From: an uncultured Thermoprotei archaeon
GTDB taxonomy: Archaea; Thermoproteota; Thermoprotei; QMSL01; B3-G16
Length of the DNA: 64,000 nt
Reading direction: 5' to 3'
Assembly (NCBI GenBank): GCA_964517845.1
Contig: CAZFCQ010000010.1
Span: 14,936 to 78,935 of the forward strand
Positions 19,297 through 29,078 of the stretch are shown here, in pieces. Within the stretch, counting starts at the first letter, position 1. Every line of letters begins with the position of its first letter. The notes under the pieces are model-generated. The model did not search any database and had not been told where the DNA came from. It worked only from the letters and a program-made list of their open reading frames with translations. A program made the position numbers and the translations under genes.

Positions 19297-20392
19297 CTTG
19301 GTGAGTAATTTGAAGATACGTATTAGGGTCGAGAAACGACCCATTACTTCAAGGTGGTTAGAGGTCTCTATATCGTTAATATCGATCTTATTTTCATTGA
19401 CAATAGCTGCCTTGTTTTTCTTACTTCAAGGTGTAGATCCTTTAATAGCATATAGAGCCATTTTCATAGGTTCCTTTGGTTCTTTAAGTGGTTTAGCACA
19501 TGTAATATCTAAGTCTATACCTTTACTCCTTTGTGGTATTGGCCTCGTTCTAGCTTTTAAAGCTAATCTCTCGAATATAGGTGCTGAAGGACAGCTTATA
19601 ATGGGTGCTATAGCAGCTACTTGGATAGCTCTTTTTGCTATGCCCTCAGCTCCCTCTTTCATAATTATCACATGTATGTTTATCGCTGGCTTCCTAGCTG
19701 GTGGTCTTTGGGCTTTAATACCTGCTATACTGAAGAGCAAGTTTAACGTAAACGAAGTCATAGTTACACTCATGATGAATTACATAGCATTTAAAGTAAC
19801 TGAACATTTAATCTATGGCCCTTGGAGAGGGAAATCTACATGGGGGTTCCCTCAGACAGAGATTTTTCCTCAATCTGCTTGGCTTCCTTGCATCCCCTAT
19901 ACTTATATTCACTATCCCACTTTAATCATAGGAATATTTCTAGCCATACTTTCTCAGATACTCGTCTCTCGATCAAAAATAGGATATGAATTAAGGGTCT
20001 TTGGGTTAAATCCCGAAGCTGCTAGATATGCTGGAATAAGCTATGTAAAAATTTCAGCGATAGTCATGTTCTTAAGTGGGGGCTTAGCGGGTATTGCTGG
20101 TGTTGGAGAAGTCGCGGGCATTCATCATAGATTAAGATATCCTTGGTCTATTTCCTGTGGATATGGCTATACTGCAATAATAGTGGCTTGGCTTTCTAGG
20201 CTGAATTGCTTAGCAACGATACCTGTCTCACTTCTACTAGGTGGTTTATTAGTAGGTGGTGATGCTATTCAAGTTATATTGAGATTATCAGTTAATGTAG
20301 TGCATATATTCAATGGGTTAATACTTCTATGCTTAGCTGGAGGAGAAATATTAACAAAGTATAGGGTGAAGATTGTAAAGGAGGGGAGCTAA
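19280..20392 (+). CDS. ABC transporter permease (BMP/sugar type)
   Basis: The product is polytopic and hydrophobic, and the gene is translationally coupled to its neighbours. Confidence 0.85.
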   Translation: MLKENNLVSNLKIRIRVEKRPITSRWLEVSISLISILFSLTIAALFFLLQGVDPLIAYRAIFIGSFGSLSGLAHVISKSIPLLLCGIGLVLAFKANLSNIGAEGQLIMGAIAATWIALFAMPSAPSFIIITCMFIAGFLAGGLWALIPAILKSKFNVNEVIVTLMMNYIAFKVTEHLIYGPWRGKSTWGFPQTEIFPQSAWLPCIPYTYIHYPTLIIGIFLAILSQILVSRSKIGYELRVFGLNPEAARYAGISYVKISAIVMFLSGGLAGIAGVGEVAGIHHRLRYPWSISCGYGYTAIIVAWLSRLNCLATIPVSLLLGGLLVGGDAIQVILRLSVNVVHIFNGLILLCLAGGEILTKYRVKIVKEGS

Positions 20393-21327
20393 TGGATATT
20401 TCATGGATCATACCTCCCATAAGAGTTGCTATACGTGCAAGTACACCCTTAATATTCGCTGCACTCGGAGAAGTTTATACTGAAAGGTCTGGAGTCCTTA
20501 ATCTAGGCTTAGAGGGTATGATGCTAATAGGAGCAGTAGTTGGTTTCATCGTAAGTTTACTTACAAATAATCCCTGGTTAGGTATACTATTCGCATCGTT
20601 AGCTGGAGCTTTACTAGCCTTAATTCATGCATTTGTTAGTATCACACTTCGTGGTAATCAGATAATATCGGGTCTAGCACTCACTATGCTAGGGATCGGT
20701 ATCAGTGGTCTTGTAGGAAGAAGGTATATAGGTATTCCTTTAAGAAGTAGGCTTCCTATAGTGCCTATACCTTTACTTAGCAAAATCCCAATAATAGGTC
20801 CTTCTCTCTTTGAACATGATGTAATAGTTTACCTCTCATATTTAGCCTCAATATTCTTATGGTTTGTACTACATAAAACCAAGATAGGCATATATATTAG
20901 AGCTGTCGGAGAAAATCCTGCAGCAGCTGATGCTGCAGGCATTAATGTATATTTTATTCGATATGCTTGTACAATCTTTGGAGGATTTATGGCTGGATTA
21001 GGAGGTGCGTATCTTTCTGTCGTATACATCCCCATGTGGATAGAGAATATGACTGCTGGCAGAGGATGGATAGCTCTTGCATTGGTAATCTTCGCTTTAT
21101 GGGATCCATTACGTGTACTCTTTTGCTCATATATCTTTGGTACTCTTGAGGCACTACAATACTGGCTCCAACGTTATGGTTTAAATCCTTATCTTCTTGG
21201 AGCCTTACCATACTTAGTAACAATTATCGTTCTACTAATCATAGGCGCTAGTGAAAGTTTAAGAAGAAAAATGTCAGCTCCTTCAGCTCTAGGTAAGCCT
21301 TATACTCGTGAAGAGCGTACAATTTAA
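20392..21327 (+). CDS. ABC transporter permease (second subunit)
   Basis: The product is polytopic and hydrophobic. Its ATG overlaps the stop codon of the previous gene. Confidence 0.85.
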   Translation: MDISWIIPPIRVAIRASTPLIFAALGEVYTERSGVLNLGLEGMMLIGAVVGFIVSLLTNNPWLGILFASLAGALLALIHAFVSITLRGNQIISGLALTMLGIGISGLVGRRYIGIPLRSRLPIVPIPLLSKIPIIGPSLFEHDVIVYLSYLASIFLWFVLHKTKIGIYIRAVGENPAAADAAGINVYFIRYACTIFGGFMAGLGGAYLSVVYIPMWIENMTAGRGWIALALVIFALWDPLRVLFCSYIFGTLEALQYWLQRYGLNPYLLGALPYLVTIIVLLIIGASESLRRKMSAPSALGKPYTREERTI

Positions 21328-21342
21328 ATTAAGAAGGATCTT

Positions 21343-22293
21343 TCATTCTTCCTTCAGGATAACTGTTGAATCATCAAGATCGTATACTAATACTTTTCCG
21401 TGTTCTAATCTCTCTTGTAACTTCATCTTTACATCATCTGCTTCGCTTCTATCTACAAGTAGATGTAAAGCGTTACCCAACATATTTTGTGCATATCCTA
21501 TTATCTCTAAGTTAAGTTCCTCTATAACTTTAATGGCTCTCTTTAAATTCTCTGTAATAAAGCCAGATTTAACAGCGAATTCATAGGAATATCTTAAAAG
21601 GTTTTCGGGTGAGGGTTCTTTTAGTAGCTTACTTAATGTTTCCCATCCTGCCTTGTTCACTCTATCACGTACTGTGGGATCAGTAAGTATATCTCTAGTT
21701 AACATAGGCCCATAATAAATCACTATGATTTTGTATTTACTTGAATCTAGTGGGATAGAATCTACGAGTCCATAACCTATAGCGCCTGGTTTCCTTGTAA
21801 CAATACAGGAGCCTGCTGTAACTAGTGCTCCTACTGTACCTAATCCTGTCTTAGCCTCAACTTCTGCTTTATGTGCTATTTGAGCTAACTCCATAGTAGT
21901 TAATTTGAGTTTTAAAGCCCTAGAAAAAGCTATAGCAAGTGTTATAGCTCCAGCACCACTTGTACCGAATCCGGATCCTATTGGTTGTGGTATATAATGT
22001 TCCACCTTTATCCTTAAGGGATTATCTACTTTAGATCTCCTTAGTAATTCCCTAATAACGTTTCTAGATGTTATAGCATTGGATACTGCTTTACCGTTTA
22101 TATATATTGTAACTTCATGATTTGTAGTCTCTTCCACTACTACTCTTGTTTTAATTCTTGGAGAGAGTTTAAATCCTCCTCCTATAGCTCCAATTCTAAG
22201 AGGATCCCTTATTAAGTTTCCTTCTCTATCTTTATCACATATTGCAAAAAAGCTAGAAAGACCCGCAGGGCTAGTTGCCTCTACTACTTTCAT
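21343..22293 (-). CDS. GHMP-superfamily kinase, probable archaeal pantoate kinase
   Basis: The GHMP motif PIGSGFGTSGAGA is present. Size and N-terminus resemble the archaeal COG1829 kinase group. Confidence 0.6.
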   Translation of the reverse strand: MKVVEATSPAGLSSFFAICDKDREGNLIRDPLRIGAIGGGFKLSPRIKTRVVVEETTNHEVTIYINGKAVSNAITSRNVIRELLRRSKVDNPLRIKVEHYIPQPIGSGFGTSGAGAITLAIAFSRALKLKLTTMELAQIAHKAEVEAKTGLGTVGALVTAGSCIVTRKPGAIGYGLVDSIPLDSSKYKIIVIYYGPMLTRDILTDPTVRDRVNKAGWETLSKLLKEPSPENLLRYSYEFAVKSGFITENLKRAIKVIEELNLEIIGYAQNMLGNALHLLVDRSEADDVKMKLQERLEHGKVLVYDLDDSTVILKEE

Positions 22294-23022
22294 TTAGCTC
22301 TCCTCCTTAGCGAAACTTAGTCCAGCTCTTTCTAGAGCTTCAGCTATAGGGGGAGCAATGAGAAGTAAGAATGGTATTTCTGTACAATATACCCATAGCA
22401 TCCATGCTAATGAAACAATGAAGGGTAGATACTGTTCGCCAGTAGGTAAGACAAAGAACTGGCTAAAAAGCCAAACTGTTATACCTATCCATGAAGCACC
22501 TATTAAGAGCCCTAGTGATGCCATTCCATAGAACCATGCCCATTTTCTAACTTTAATTAATGAAGCTAACGCTATAGCTAATGAAAAAATAGTAGCCCCT
22601 ATGTAGATCATTGATAGTGACCACGGTACAGTATTAAGACTAGATCCTATTATGCAAAGACTAACTACTACTAAATTAGTTCCTAGGAATGGTACGATAC
22701 TATGTACGATCTTACGTTTAACTTTTAACCCTGATATGAAGAAGCAGAGGAAATTAGCTGGGACACCAGCTATTAGACTTAATAAGGCATTTCCATGAAT
22801 TAACATATCGCTAATGAAGATGCCTATAGCAGCTCCTAATCCTCCTATCATTGGTCCAAATGCTACAGAGAATACTGCTGGAACAAATACTGGAGGCCAA
22901 AATCGAACTACACCTATAATTGGCGTAAAGAGGCCTAGGTAGGTAGCATAACCTAGAACTGCATATAATGCAGCGCACATGGCTATTAACGCTATTTTGA
23001 GAGCTATCGATGTAGCCCTCAT
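22294..23022 (-). CDS. Polytopic membrane protein, ECF-transporter S-component-like
   Basis: About 6 TM segments. The glycine-rich helices and size resemble ECF substrate-capture subunits. Its stop abuts the kinase start codon. Confidence 0.4.
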   Translation of the reverse strand: MRATSIALKIALIAMCAALYAVLGYATYLGLFTPIIGVVRFWPPVFVPAVFSVAFGPMIGGLGAAIGIFISDMLIHGNALLSLIAGVPANFLCFFISGLKVKRKIVHSIVPFLGTNLVVVSLCIIGSSLNTVPWSLSMIYIGATIFSLAIALASLIKVRKWAWFYGMASLGLLIGASWIGITVWLFSQFFVLPTGEQYLPFIVSLAWMLWVYCTEIPFLLLIAPPIAEALERAGLSFAKEES

Positions 23023-23109
23023 CTAGATCCCGCTTTTCTTTTGAGACCTTATGAACTTAAAGGTTATTTTAAAAGGCTTAATAGTCTTAAAAGAAATAAT
23101 ACATGCAGT

Positions 23110-24084
23110 ATGCACTCAGAGATTAGACGTTTAATAGAGATTAGCGGCTCTTACTATGTAGCTATACCTAAGCCATGGGCTAGAGCATTAAGATTAAATA
23201 AAGGCTCGAATGTCGAAATCTTCATAAGTAAAGAAGGTCTTATAATCAGACCATACGTAGGCAACAAAGAGCTATCTAAACCTAAGTGTATAAGGTTAAG
23301 AGCTTATGAGGGAATTGAAAGACGCATAATAGCAGCTTATCTAAAAGGCTATGATATAATCGAAATTATGCATGAGAAGAATATTCCTCTTAAATATAAA
23401 AAGAAGATCGACAATATCACTAATCTTCTAATAGGCCTTGAAATAGTTAGAGAAGACTCTAAAACTATGCTCTTAGAATGCTTATGGATAAAAAAGGAGG
23501 ACGTATGGGGCTATATTAAGCGCATGGACTATATAGCTCGTTCCATGTACAGAGATGCTATCATAGCTCTCATAAACCGAGATAAGGAATTAGCTCAGGA
23601 GGTAATAAAGAGAGACGATAAAGTGGATAAGCTATATTTCTTAGTAGTAAGGATGATAAGATCTCTGATCTCTGACATTGGATTCCTACTGAGCAGATCT
23701 TTAGATCCTATTAATCTTCTAGATTATCGATTAATTGCAAGAAACATAGAGGAAATAGCTGATTACTCCGAAAATATAGCTTCGAAGGTATTATCTATAA
23801 TAAGCGGAGATTACCACTCTATTTCATCCCATATAGACAACCTTAAAGAAATGATCGAGAAACTAGAAAGACTTGAAATCAGCGTATTAAGAGCTTATGA
23901 AGAATATGATACATACAAAGCTATGAAAATTACAAATACAGCCGAAGACATAAGAGTACATCTTGCCAACTTTATATATAATCTAGTCTGTAGTGAAAAG
24001 CCTAAAGCTATCTTAGTATCTTTAGTGGACGATTTACTAAGGATAGTAGACTTATTGTCAGATATAGGCGACCTAATCGCTTAA
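23110..24084 (+). CDS. PhoU-domain regulator with N-terminal AbrB/SpoVT-like DNA-binding domain
   Basis: YYVAIPKPWARALRLNKGSNVEI looks like an AbrB-type swapped hairpin. It is followed by PhoU-like helical repeats (DDKVDKLY...). Confidence 0.7.
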   Translation: MHSEIRRLIEISGSYYVAIPKPWARALRLNKGSNVEIFISKEGLIIRPYVGNKELSKPKCIRLRAYEGIERRIIAAYLKGYDIIEIMHEKNIPLKYKKKIDNITNLLIGLEIVREDSKTMLLECLWIKKEDVWGYIKRMDYIARSMYRDAIIALINRDKELAQEVIKRDDKVDKLYFLVVRMIRSLISDIGFLLSRSLDPINLLDYRLIARNIEEIADYSENIASKVLSIISGDYHSISSHIDNLKEMIEKLERLEISVLRAYEEYDTYKAMKITNTAEDIRVHLANFIYNLVCSEKPKAILVSLVDDLLRIVDLLSDIGDLIA

Positions 24085-24134
24085 TTATTCCTCACTATAA
24101 TCATAATCTTAAGCTATAGAGAATTAACGAATAT

Positions 24135-25136
24135 ATGGGATTTACTATGAGCTATGTGATAGGTATTGATCTTGGTGCTACCAATCTAAGGGTAGTTATC
24201 GCTGATGAGGATGGTCACTTCATAAAATTAGTATCCGAGAAAACCGCAAGAGAAGGAGATGCCCTAGTAGTAAGCAAACAAATAGTACATATGATCCAGA
24301 GAGCTTTATCTAAAGCTAATCTTACTTTAAAGGAAATAAAAGCTATAGGTGTAGGTTCCATAGGCCCACTAAACCTAAAGGAAGGTGCTATAGTCAATAC
24401 GCCTAACTTACCATTTAATTACATACCAATAACTAAACCTCTAAGAGAGTACCTAGGGAAGCCTGTATTTTTGCTTAATGATTGTACTACAGCTGTCATA
24501 GGTGAGAAATACTTTGGAGCTGGTAAAGGATTAGAGAATCTAGTATACGTAACGATTAGTACAGGTATTGGTGGAGGAGCATATGTTGATGGTCATCTTT
24601 TATTAGGAAAAGATGGCAATGCAGCTGAAATTGGACACATGGTTGTTGATCCTCTTGGAAGACTAATATGTGGTTGTGGAAGGAGAGGACATTGGGAAGC
24701 TTATTGTTCAGGATCAGGAATTCCTAAATTTGTAAGGTTTTTCTTAAAGGAAAAACTCAAGGAGGGAAAAATTAGAACATCTCTACTTGATATAGTACAA
24801 GGTGATATAGACCGAATAGATGCTAAAGTTTTCTTCAAAGTAGTACGTGAAAATGATGCGCTAGCTCTTGAAATACTAGATATTATAGGTAGATATAACG
24901 CTGTAGGTATAGCTAACATAATAAACGTTTATGATCCAAGCCTAATAACATTAGGAGGCTCTGTCGTACTATATAATAAAGAGTACATCTTACCTTACAT
25001 CTCAAAATACGTCAAAGACTATGCCATTAATAGAGTTCCAAAAATAGAGGTTACCCCTCTAGGGGGTAACGTTGTACTTTATGGTGCTGTAGCGATGGCT
25101 TTAGGTTTAGAGAAGATAGAACCTATACGTCCTTAG
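24135..25136 (+). CDS. ROK-family glucokinase
   Basis: Motifs are IGIDLGATNLR, GIGGG and the zinc motif GHMVVD...CGCGRRGHWE. Confidence 0.8.
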   Translation: MGFTMSYVIGIDLGATNLRVVIADEDGHFIKLVSEKTAREGDALVVSKQIVHMIQRALSKANLTLKEIKAIGVGSIGPLNLKEGAIVNTPNLPFNYIPITKPLREYLGKPVFLLNDCTTAVIGEKYFGAGKGLENLVYVTISTGIGGGAYVDGHLLLGKDGNAAEIGHMVVDPLGRLICGCGRRGHWEAYCSGSGIPKFVRFFLKEKLKEGKIRTSLLDIVQGDIDRIDAKVFFKVVRENDALALEILDIIGRYNAVGIANIINVYDPSLITLGGSVVLYNKEYILPYISKYVKDYAINRVPKIEVTPLGGNVVLYGAVAMALGLEKIEPIRP

Positions 25137-25909
25137 CTCCCCTTTATTAAAGTCTTAAGGAATTTGACAGCTCTCGGTACTGCTGTTTTAGGATCTTCCT
25201 TGCCCTCATATTCTATTGATAAGTATCCCTTGTACCCTACGTCATTCAATATCTCAATTATTTTATTATAGTCTAATATTTCATCGTTTCCTTTAGGACC
25301 TACTTGAAGGAACTTAGCATGAACATGCACTGCATAAGGAGCTGTCTTTCTTATGTCTTCATAAGTGTTCTGTCTATAGTTGCCTAGGTCTAGGTTTATA
25401 CCAAACCATTCAGAACTAACGGCATTAATTATTTTTAATACCTGATCTGCGGTAGATGTAATACCTCCATGATTCTCTAAAGCTATTACGATACCACTTT
25501 TACTAGCGTATTCTACGCATTCTTTTAAAGCATCAATGGTCCATTGAAATGCATCCTCTTCTGTATGACCCTTTGGAACTCTACCTGCAAATACTCTAAC
25601 ACAAGGAGCACCTATTTTAAGAGCTATATTGACCCATCTCTTTACCCTCTCTATTTCTTTCTTCCTTAAACTAGAATCTGGAACTGTAAACCTATTACCT
25701 ACAGCAACAGCTGAGATATCAAGCCCATATGATAACAGAAGCTTTTTTAATTTGTAGATGTACGTATCTTCAAGCGAAGGGAAGTAGTATTCTGTGAGCT
25801 CTACACCATCAAGACCTAGCTCCCATCCGATTCTTATGAAATCTTCTAGCGTCATTGATTTCTCAGTTAGGTATTTTCTATATGAATAAGCCGCACAACC
25901 TATTCTCAT
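25133..25909 (-). CDS. Sugar phosphate isomerase/epimerase (xylose isomerase-like TIM barrel)
   Basis: MRIGCAAYSY...GLDGVEL...VRVFAG...ALENHGG...HVHAK...SIEYEG. It is a clear paralog of 37929..38726. Confidence 0.75.
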   Translation of the reverse strand: MRIGCAAYSYRKYLTEKSMTLEDFIRIGWELGLDGVELTEYYFPSLEDTYIYKLKKLLLSYGLDISAVAVGNRFTVPDSSLRKKEIERVKRWVNIALKIGAPCVRVFAGRVPKGHTEEDAFQWTIDALKECVEYASKSGIVIALENHGGITSTADQVLKIINAVSSEWFGINLDLGNYRQNTYEDIRKTAPYAVHVHAKFLQVGPKGNDEILDYNKIIEILNDVGYKGYLSIEYEGKEDPKTAVPRAVKFLKTLIKGS

Positions 25910-26164
25910 ATTTAACCCCAAGACATATCTTCTCATAATTTATTGATAAGCTTTCATAATGAAAATTAATTTCAAGTTAATTTAATGAGCTTTAACTATT
26001 CATTAAGAATATAAAATATTCTAAAAGTAAAGTCTAAGACAATAGCTCATCACGGATCTAGCTCAGGCCCCCGTAGTCTCAGCATTAGTCTCTCAGTACT
26101 ACACCAGATAGTTTCCCCTAGCCTCCTTATTACTTTTATTCTCCAGCATGAGCAACCGCTTCCC

Positions 26165-26551
26165 TTACTCCTCGCTCTTATGATATTTGAGAGCCATAAG
26201 AGAAGGAGGATATTGAAATTCTTGTCTAGTAACTTCTCTACTCTGAACCCTCTCACTTCTAAAAACTGGCAATATCCTTCTCCTTCTCCAAAGCTTATAC
26301 TCTATTGTCACTATCACTAATAATATACAGATTAATGGTAACATTATGACAAGGATTATGAATTCCATAAACGATATCGGATATCCGAGTAGTATCATAA
26401 ATACAGGTAATTTAATAGTCACCTCTGTAACTTGTCCTCTCTTCTTTCTAATTATTGAAGACTCCTGACTTGAATAGCTAACTAGTACGGTAAGGAGTAA
26501 TATACTTATCATAATAACGATTATCATAAGACCTTGATACTTCTTCATCAT
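26165..26551 (-). CDS. Small membrane protein, hypothetical
   Basis: The product has two strongly hydrophobic segments and a basic WRRRR stop-transfer. No family was recognised. Confidence 0.4.
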   Translation of the reverse strand: MMKKYQGLMIIVIMISILLLTVLVSYSSQESSIIRKKRGQVTEVTIKLPVFMILLGYPISFMEFIILVIMLPLICILLVIVTIEYKLWRRRRILPVFRSERVQSREVTRQEFQYPPSLMALKYHKSEE

Positions 26552-26684
26552 TTAGATTTTCCCTTTCCTAGAATTTTAAGATGACATTTAATTTAGCCTA
26601 TTACCTCTTTAAAAAAGATAAGTAAGCACCATAATGCATAAGTTTTAGTTTATATAGTGATTGGTAAATGAAGATTAATAGCAA

Positions 26685-26978
26685 ATGGAGGGAAGAGTTA
26701 CGAAGACTATAAAAGTTAAAGTACGTTTTTATGCTAAGCTAAAAGACGAACTAGGTATTGATGAGATCTCTATTCCTATAAATGAGCGAAGCTTGTTTGC
26801 GTTGTTAAGGAAACTAAATACCATACTTAAGGATAAGTTACCTGAGCCTATAGACTCATTAATAGAAAATACACTTATTGCTGTTAATAATGAATTAGTT
26901 AGGGAAGATGATTTAAAAGACTTAACGCTTAATAATGGTGATATCGTGGATATAATGCCTTTACCTTCTGGTGGTTAA
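26685..26978 (+). CDS. moaD: MoaD-family beta-grasp sulfur carrier (C-terminal GG)
   Basis: The 97 aa product ends ...MPLPSGG. The gene is directly coupled to moaE. Confidence 0.8.
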   Translation: MEGRVTKTIKVKVRFYAKLKDELGIDEISIPINERSLFALLRKLNTILKDKLPEPIDSLIENTLIAVNNELVREDDLKDLTLNNGDIVDIMPLPSGG

Positions 26979-27402
26979 AATGAAAACTAAGGTTAATCAT
27001 AAGCTAGATTCGCTTAGTGATTTAATATCGGAAATTAAGAAGAAAAGCGATGAAATTGGAGCCATTATAATCTTTATAGGTATTGTTAGAGGTAAATCGC
27101 AGGAAGGAGAACAAGTGCTTAGATTAGAGTATGAAGCTCATGAGACTCTAGCCATCAAAGTGCTCAAGAACTTAGTAAAAGAAGTCATTAGTAAGCATAA
27201 TATAATCGATGGGATAGCTGAACATAGAATTGGTCAGGTTAAGGTAGGAGAAGATATAATGTACATCCTTGTTGCTTCAAAACATCGTAAAGAAGGATTT
27301 AAAGCATTGGAGGAATTAGTTGATAGAATTAAACGTGAGGTGCCTATATGGAAAAAAGAAGTAACGGAGAAAAGGTCCTACTGGGTAGAAGAGAGAATAT
27401 GA
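26971..27402 (+). CDS. moaE: Molybdopterin synthase catalytic subunit MoaE
   Basis: Blocks are IIFIGIVRG...LEYEAHETLA...HRIGQVKVGE...HRKEGF...PIWKKE. Confidence 0.85.
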   Translation: MVKMKTKVNHKLDSLSDLISEIKKKSDEIGAIIIFIGIVRGKSQEGEQVLRLEYEAHETLAIKVLKNLVKEVISKHNIIDGIAEHRIGQVKVGEDIMYILVASKHRKEGFKALEELVDRIKREVPIWKKEVTEKRSYWVEERI

Positions 27403-27632
27403 AGAATGCTAGAGTCAACAATGAAGTTATCGTAAAGTTAATAATTGTCCCTAGTAATGAACCTACAATAGTTAAAGTCCCTCAAGGTACAACTGTTGAA
27501 AAATTACTTAATTTAATGAATATCAATCCAGAAGAAGTAGTAGTACTTAGAGATAAGATTCCAATAACAGAAGATGATATTGTACATGATGGAGATTTAC
27601 TCGAAATTATCCGTGTGGTCTCAGGTGGTTAA
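27399..27632 (+). CDS. ThiS/MoaD-like ubiquitin-fold protein (C-terminal GG), second copy
   Basis: The 77 aa product ends ...IIRVVSGG. Its ATG overlaps the moaE stop (ATGA). Confidence 0.65.
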   Translation: MKNARVNNEVIVKLIIVPSNEPTIVKVPQGTTVEKLLNLMNINPEEVVVLRDKIPITEDDIVHDGDLLEIIRVVSGG

Positions 27633-28792
27633 AGTATCATTATTCTAATCTTCTCTAGGATCTTCTTAATTATACCATCTATATCTATATCTTCAAAAAT
27701 GCTCCTTAAATAATCCTTAGCATGGGTTTCTGGGTGCTTAGGAGCCAGCTTACATGTTCCTACATCTACACATACTGCATCATACAATCCTATCTCACGT
27801 GCTTTTTTAATTATTTCTTCCTTATCGAAGCCTATTAGTGGTCTATGAATAGGAATTTTTATCCAGTTTGAGAGGAAATACAAATTGTCTAATGTCTGCG
27901 AGGCTACTTGACCTAAACTTTCTCCTGTAATAATAGCGCTCGCTCTTTCTTTAATTGCTATGCTCTCTGCTATTTTATACATAAGTATCTTACACAGTAA
28001 ACACCTATACCTGTCTTCAATCACATGTTGAGTCAGTATATGGGCTTCGCCTAGGGGTACTATGTATATCTTCCATTTTTCCTTAGGTACCCAGTCCCTA
28101 AGCCATTGAAGAGCTTCTTGAACTCTTTTCTTAGCTCTTTCACTATAAAAAGGTCCCATATCGCAGTGTATAGGTACTACATCACATCCTCTCTTCATCA
28201 TCATCCATGATGCAAGTGCACTATCTACTCCTCCTGAAAAAAGAGAGACTACTTTTCCTTCAACAGCATAGGGTAGTCCACCTACGCCTCTTACTATTTT
28301 AGTAAAGATATACGCTTTTTTACTCCTGACCTCCACGTATATAATCTTATCAGGGTGCTCTAAGTCTACCTTGAGTTTCATTCCTGTCTTATTGAGAACT
28401 AATTCTCCTAATATCCTCTCTATGTCCTTACTTGTAATAGGATAACTTTTAAGCCTGCGTGCCCTAATAGCAAAGCTCACACCATTCTTCAATTCTCTTT
28501 TAGCCACTCTAATCACAACATCACTTATGCTCTCTAAATCATTAGCCACCTCTATAGCAGGACTCGAAGAAACTACTCCGAAGACCTTTCCTAATTCATA
28601 GGCTACTTTCTCTGGCTCTTTGGTGTAGATTATTACTCTTCCGCCTTCCTTTCTAATATCCTTCAAATGTAGTCCCTTTCTCTCTATTCGCCACTTTATT
28701 GATCTTATGAGCGCTCTTTCCATTCTCCTCCTTACTCTAGGTGACTTTAACGTAATTTCTCCATATCTAACTATGACTGTATTATTACGCAT
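27629..28792 (-). CDS. thiI: tRNA 4-thiouridine synthase ThiI (THUMP + PP-loop, no rhodanese domain)
   Basis: The N-terminus is VIVRYGEITLKS and the PP-loop is LFSGGVDSALAS. I chose the ATG at 28792 as the start. Confidence 0.85.
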   Translation of the reverse strand: MRNNTVIVRYGEITLKSPRVRRRMERALIRSIKWRIERKGLHLKDIRKEGGRVIIYTKEPEKVAYELGKVFGVVSSSPAIEVANDLESISDVVIRVAKRELKNGVSFAIRARRLKSYPITSKDIERILGELVLNKTGMKLKVDLEHPDKIIYVEVRSKKAYIFTKIVRGVGGLPYAVEGKVVSLFSGGVDSALASWMMMKRGCDVVPIHCDMGPFYSERAKKRVQEALQWLRDWVPKEKWKIYIVPLGEAHILTQHVIEDRYRCLLCKILMYKIAESIAIKERASAIITGESLGQVASQTLDNLYFLSNWIKIPIHRPLIGFDKEEIIKKAREIGLYDAVCVDVGTCKLAPKHPETHAKDYLRSIFEDIDIDGIIKKILEKIRIMIL

Positions 28793-28850
28793 AAATATCC
28801 ACATTAAGGAAAGATTATTACCCTCCATATTAAGTCTTATAGAGGTGAAT

Positions 28851-29072
28851 ATGCCTCGAGTCACTATAACATACAGTAATGAAACCCCTCCTAGAAGATT
28901 ATCCATTGATGTACCTCATGGAATTAGTATAGCTGAACTTCTCTATAAGCTAGGTATCAGATATGATAGTGTCGTGATCGCTTACAAGGGAGAAATTCTG
29001 CAAGATCTTCAATCCTTCAAAATTGAACATGATATAAATCTCGAATTATTAGTATTAGCTGATGGTGGGTAG
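28851..29072 (+). CDS. ThiS/MoaD-like ubiquitin-fold protein (C-terminal GG), third copy
   Basis: The 73 aa product from the ATG at 28851 ends ...LVLADGG. GAGGTGA lies just upstream of the start. The gene is divergent from thiI. Confidence 0.55.
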   Translation: MPRVTITYSNETPPRRLSIDVPHGISIAELLYKLGIRYDSVVIAYKGEILQDLQSFKIEHDINLELLVLADGG

Positions 29073-29078
29073 CCCCCT

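Noticed and set aside
18204-21586. Assorted antisense or alternate-frame ORFs within the ABC transporter operon and the pantoate kinase gene (18204..18557, 19426..19773, 20829..21035, 20967..21149, 20987..21223, 21308..21586)
   Set aside because: All are nested in longer ORFs with clear ABC or GHMP motifs. None has independent signals.
26050-26256. 68 aa minus-strand ORF overlapping the end of the 128 aa membrane ORF; also checked as a possible frameshift continuation, and the GC-richer stretch 26040-26165 as a possible tRNA or sRNA
   Set aside because: The translation is Arg/Leu-rich with no features. The stretch has a tRNA-like UAGCUCAGG but no matching D-stem, T-arm or acceptor pairing. 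I could not build a convincing fold.
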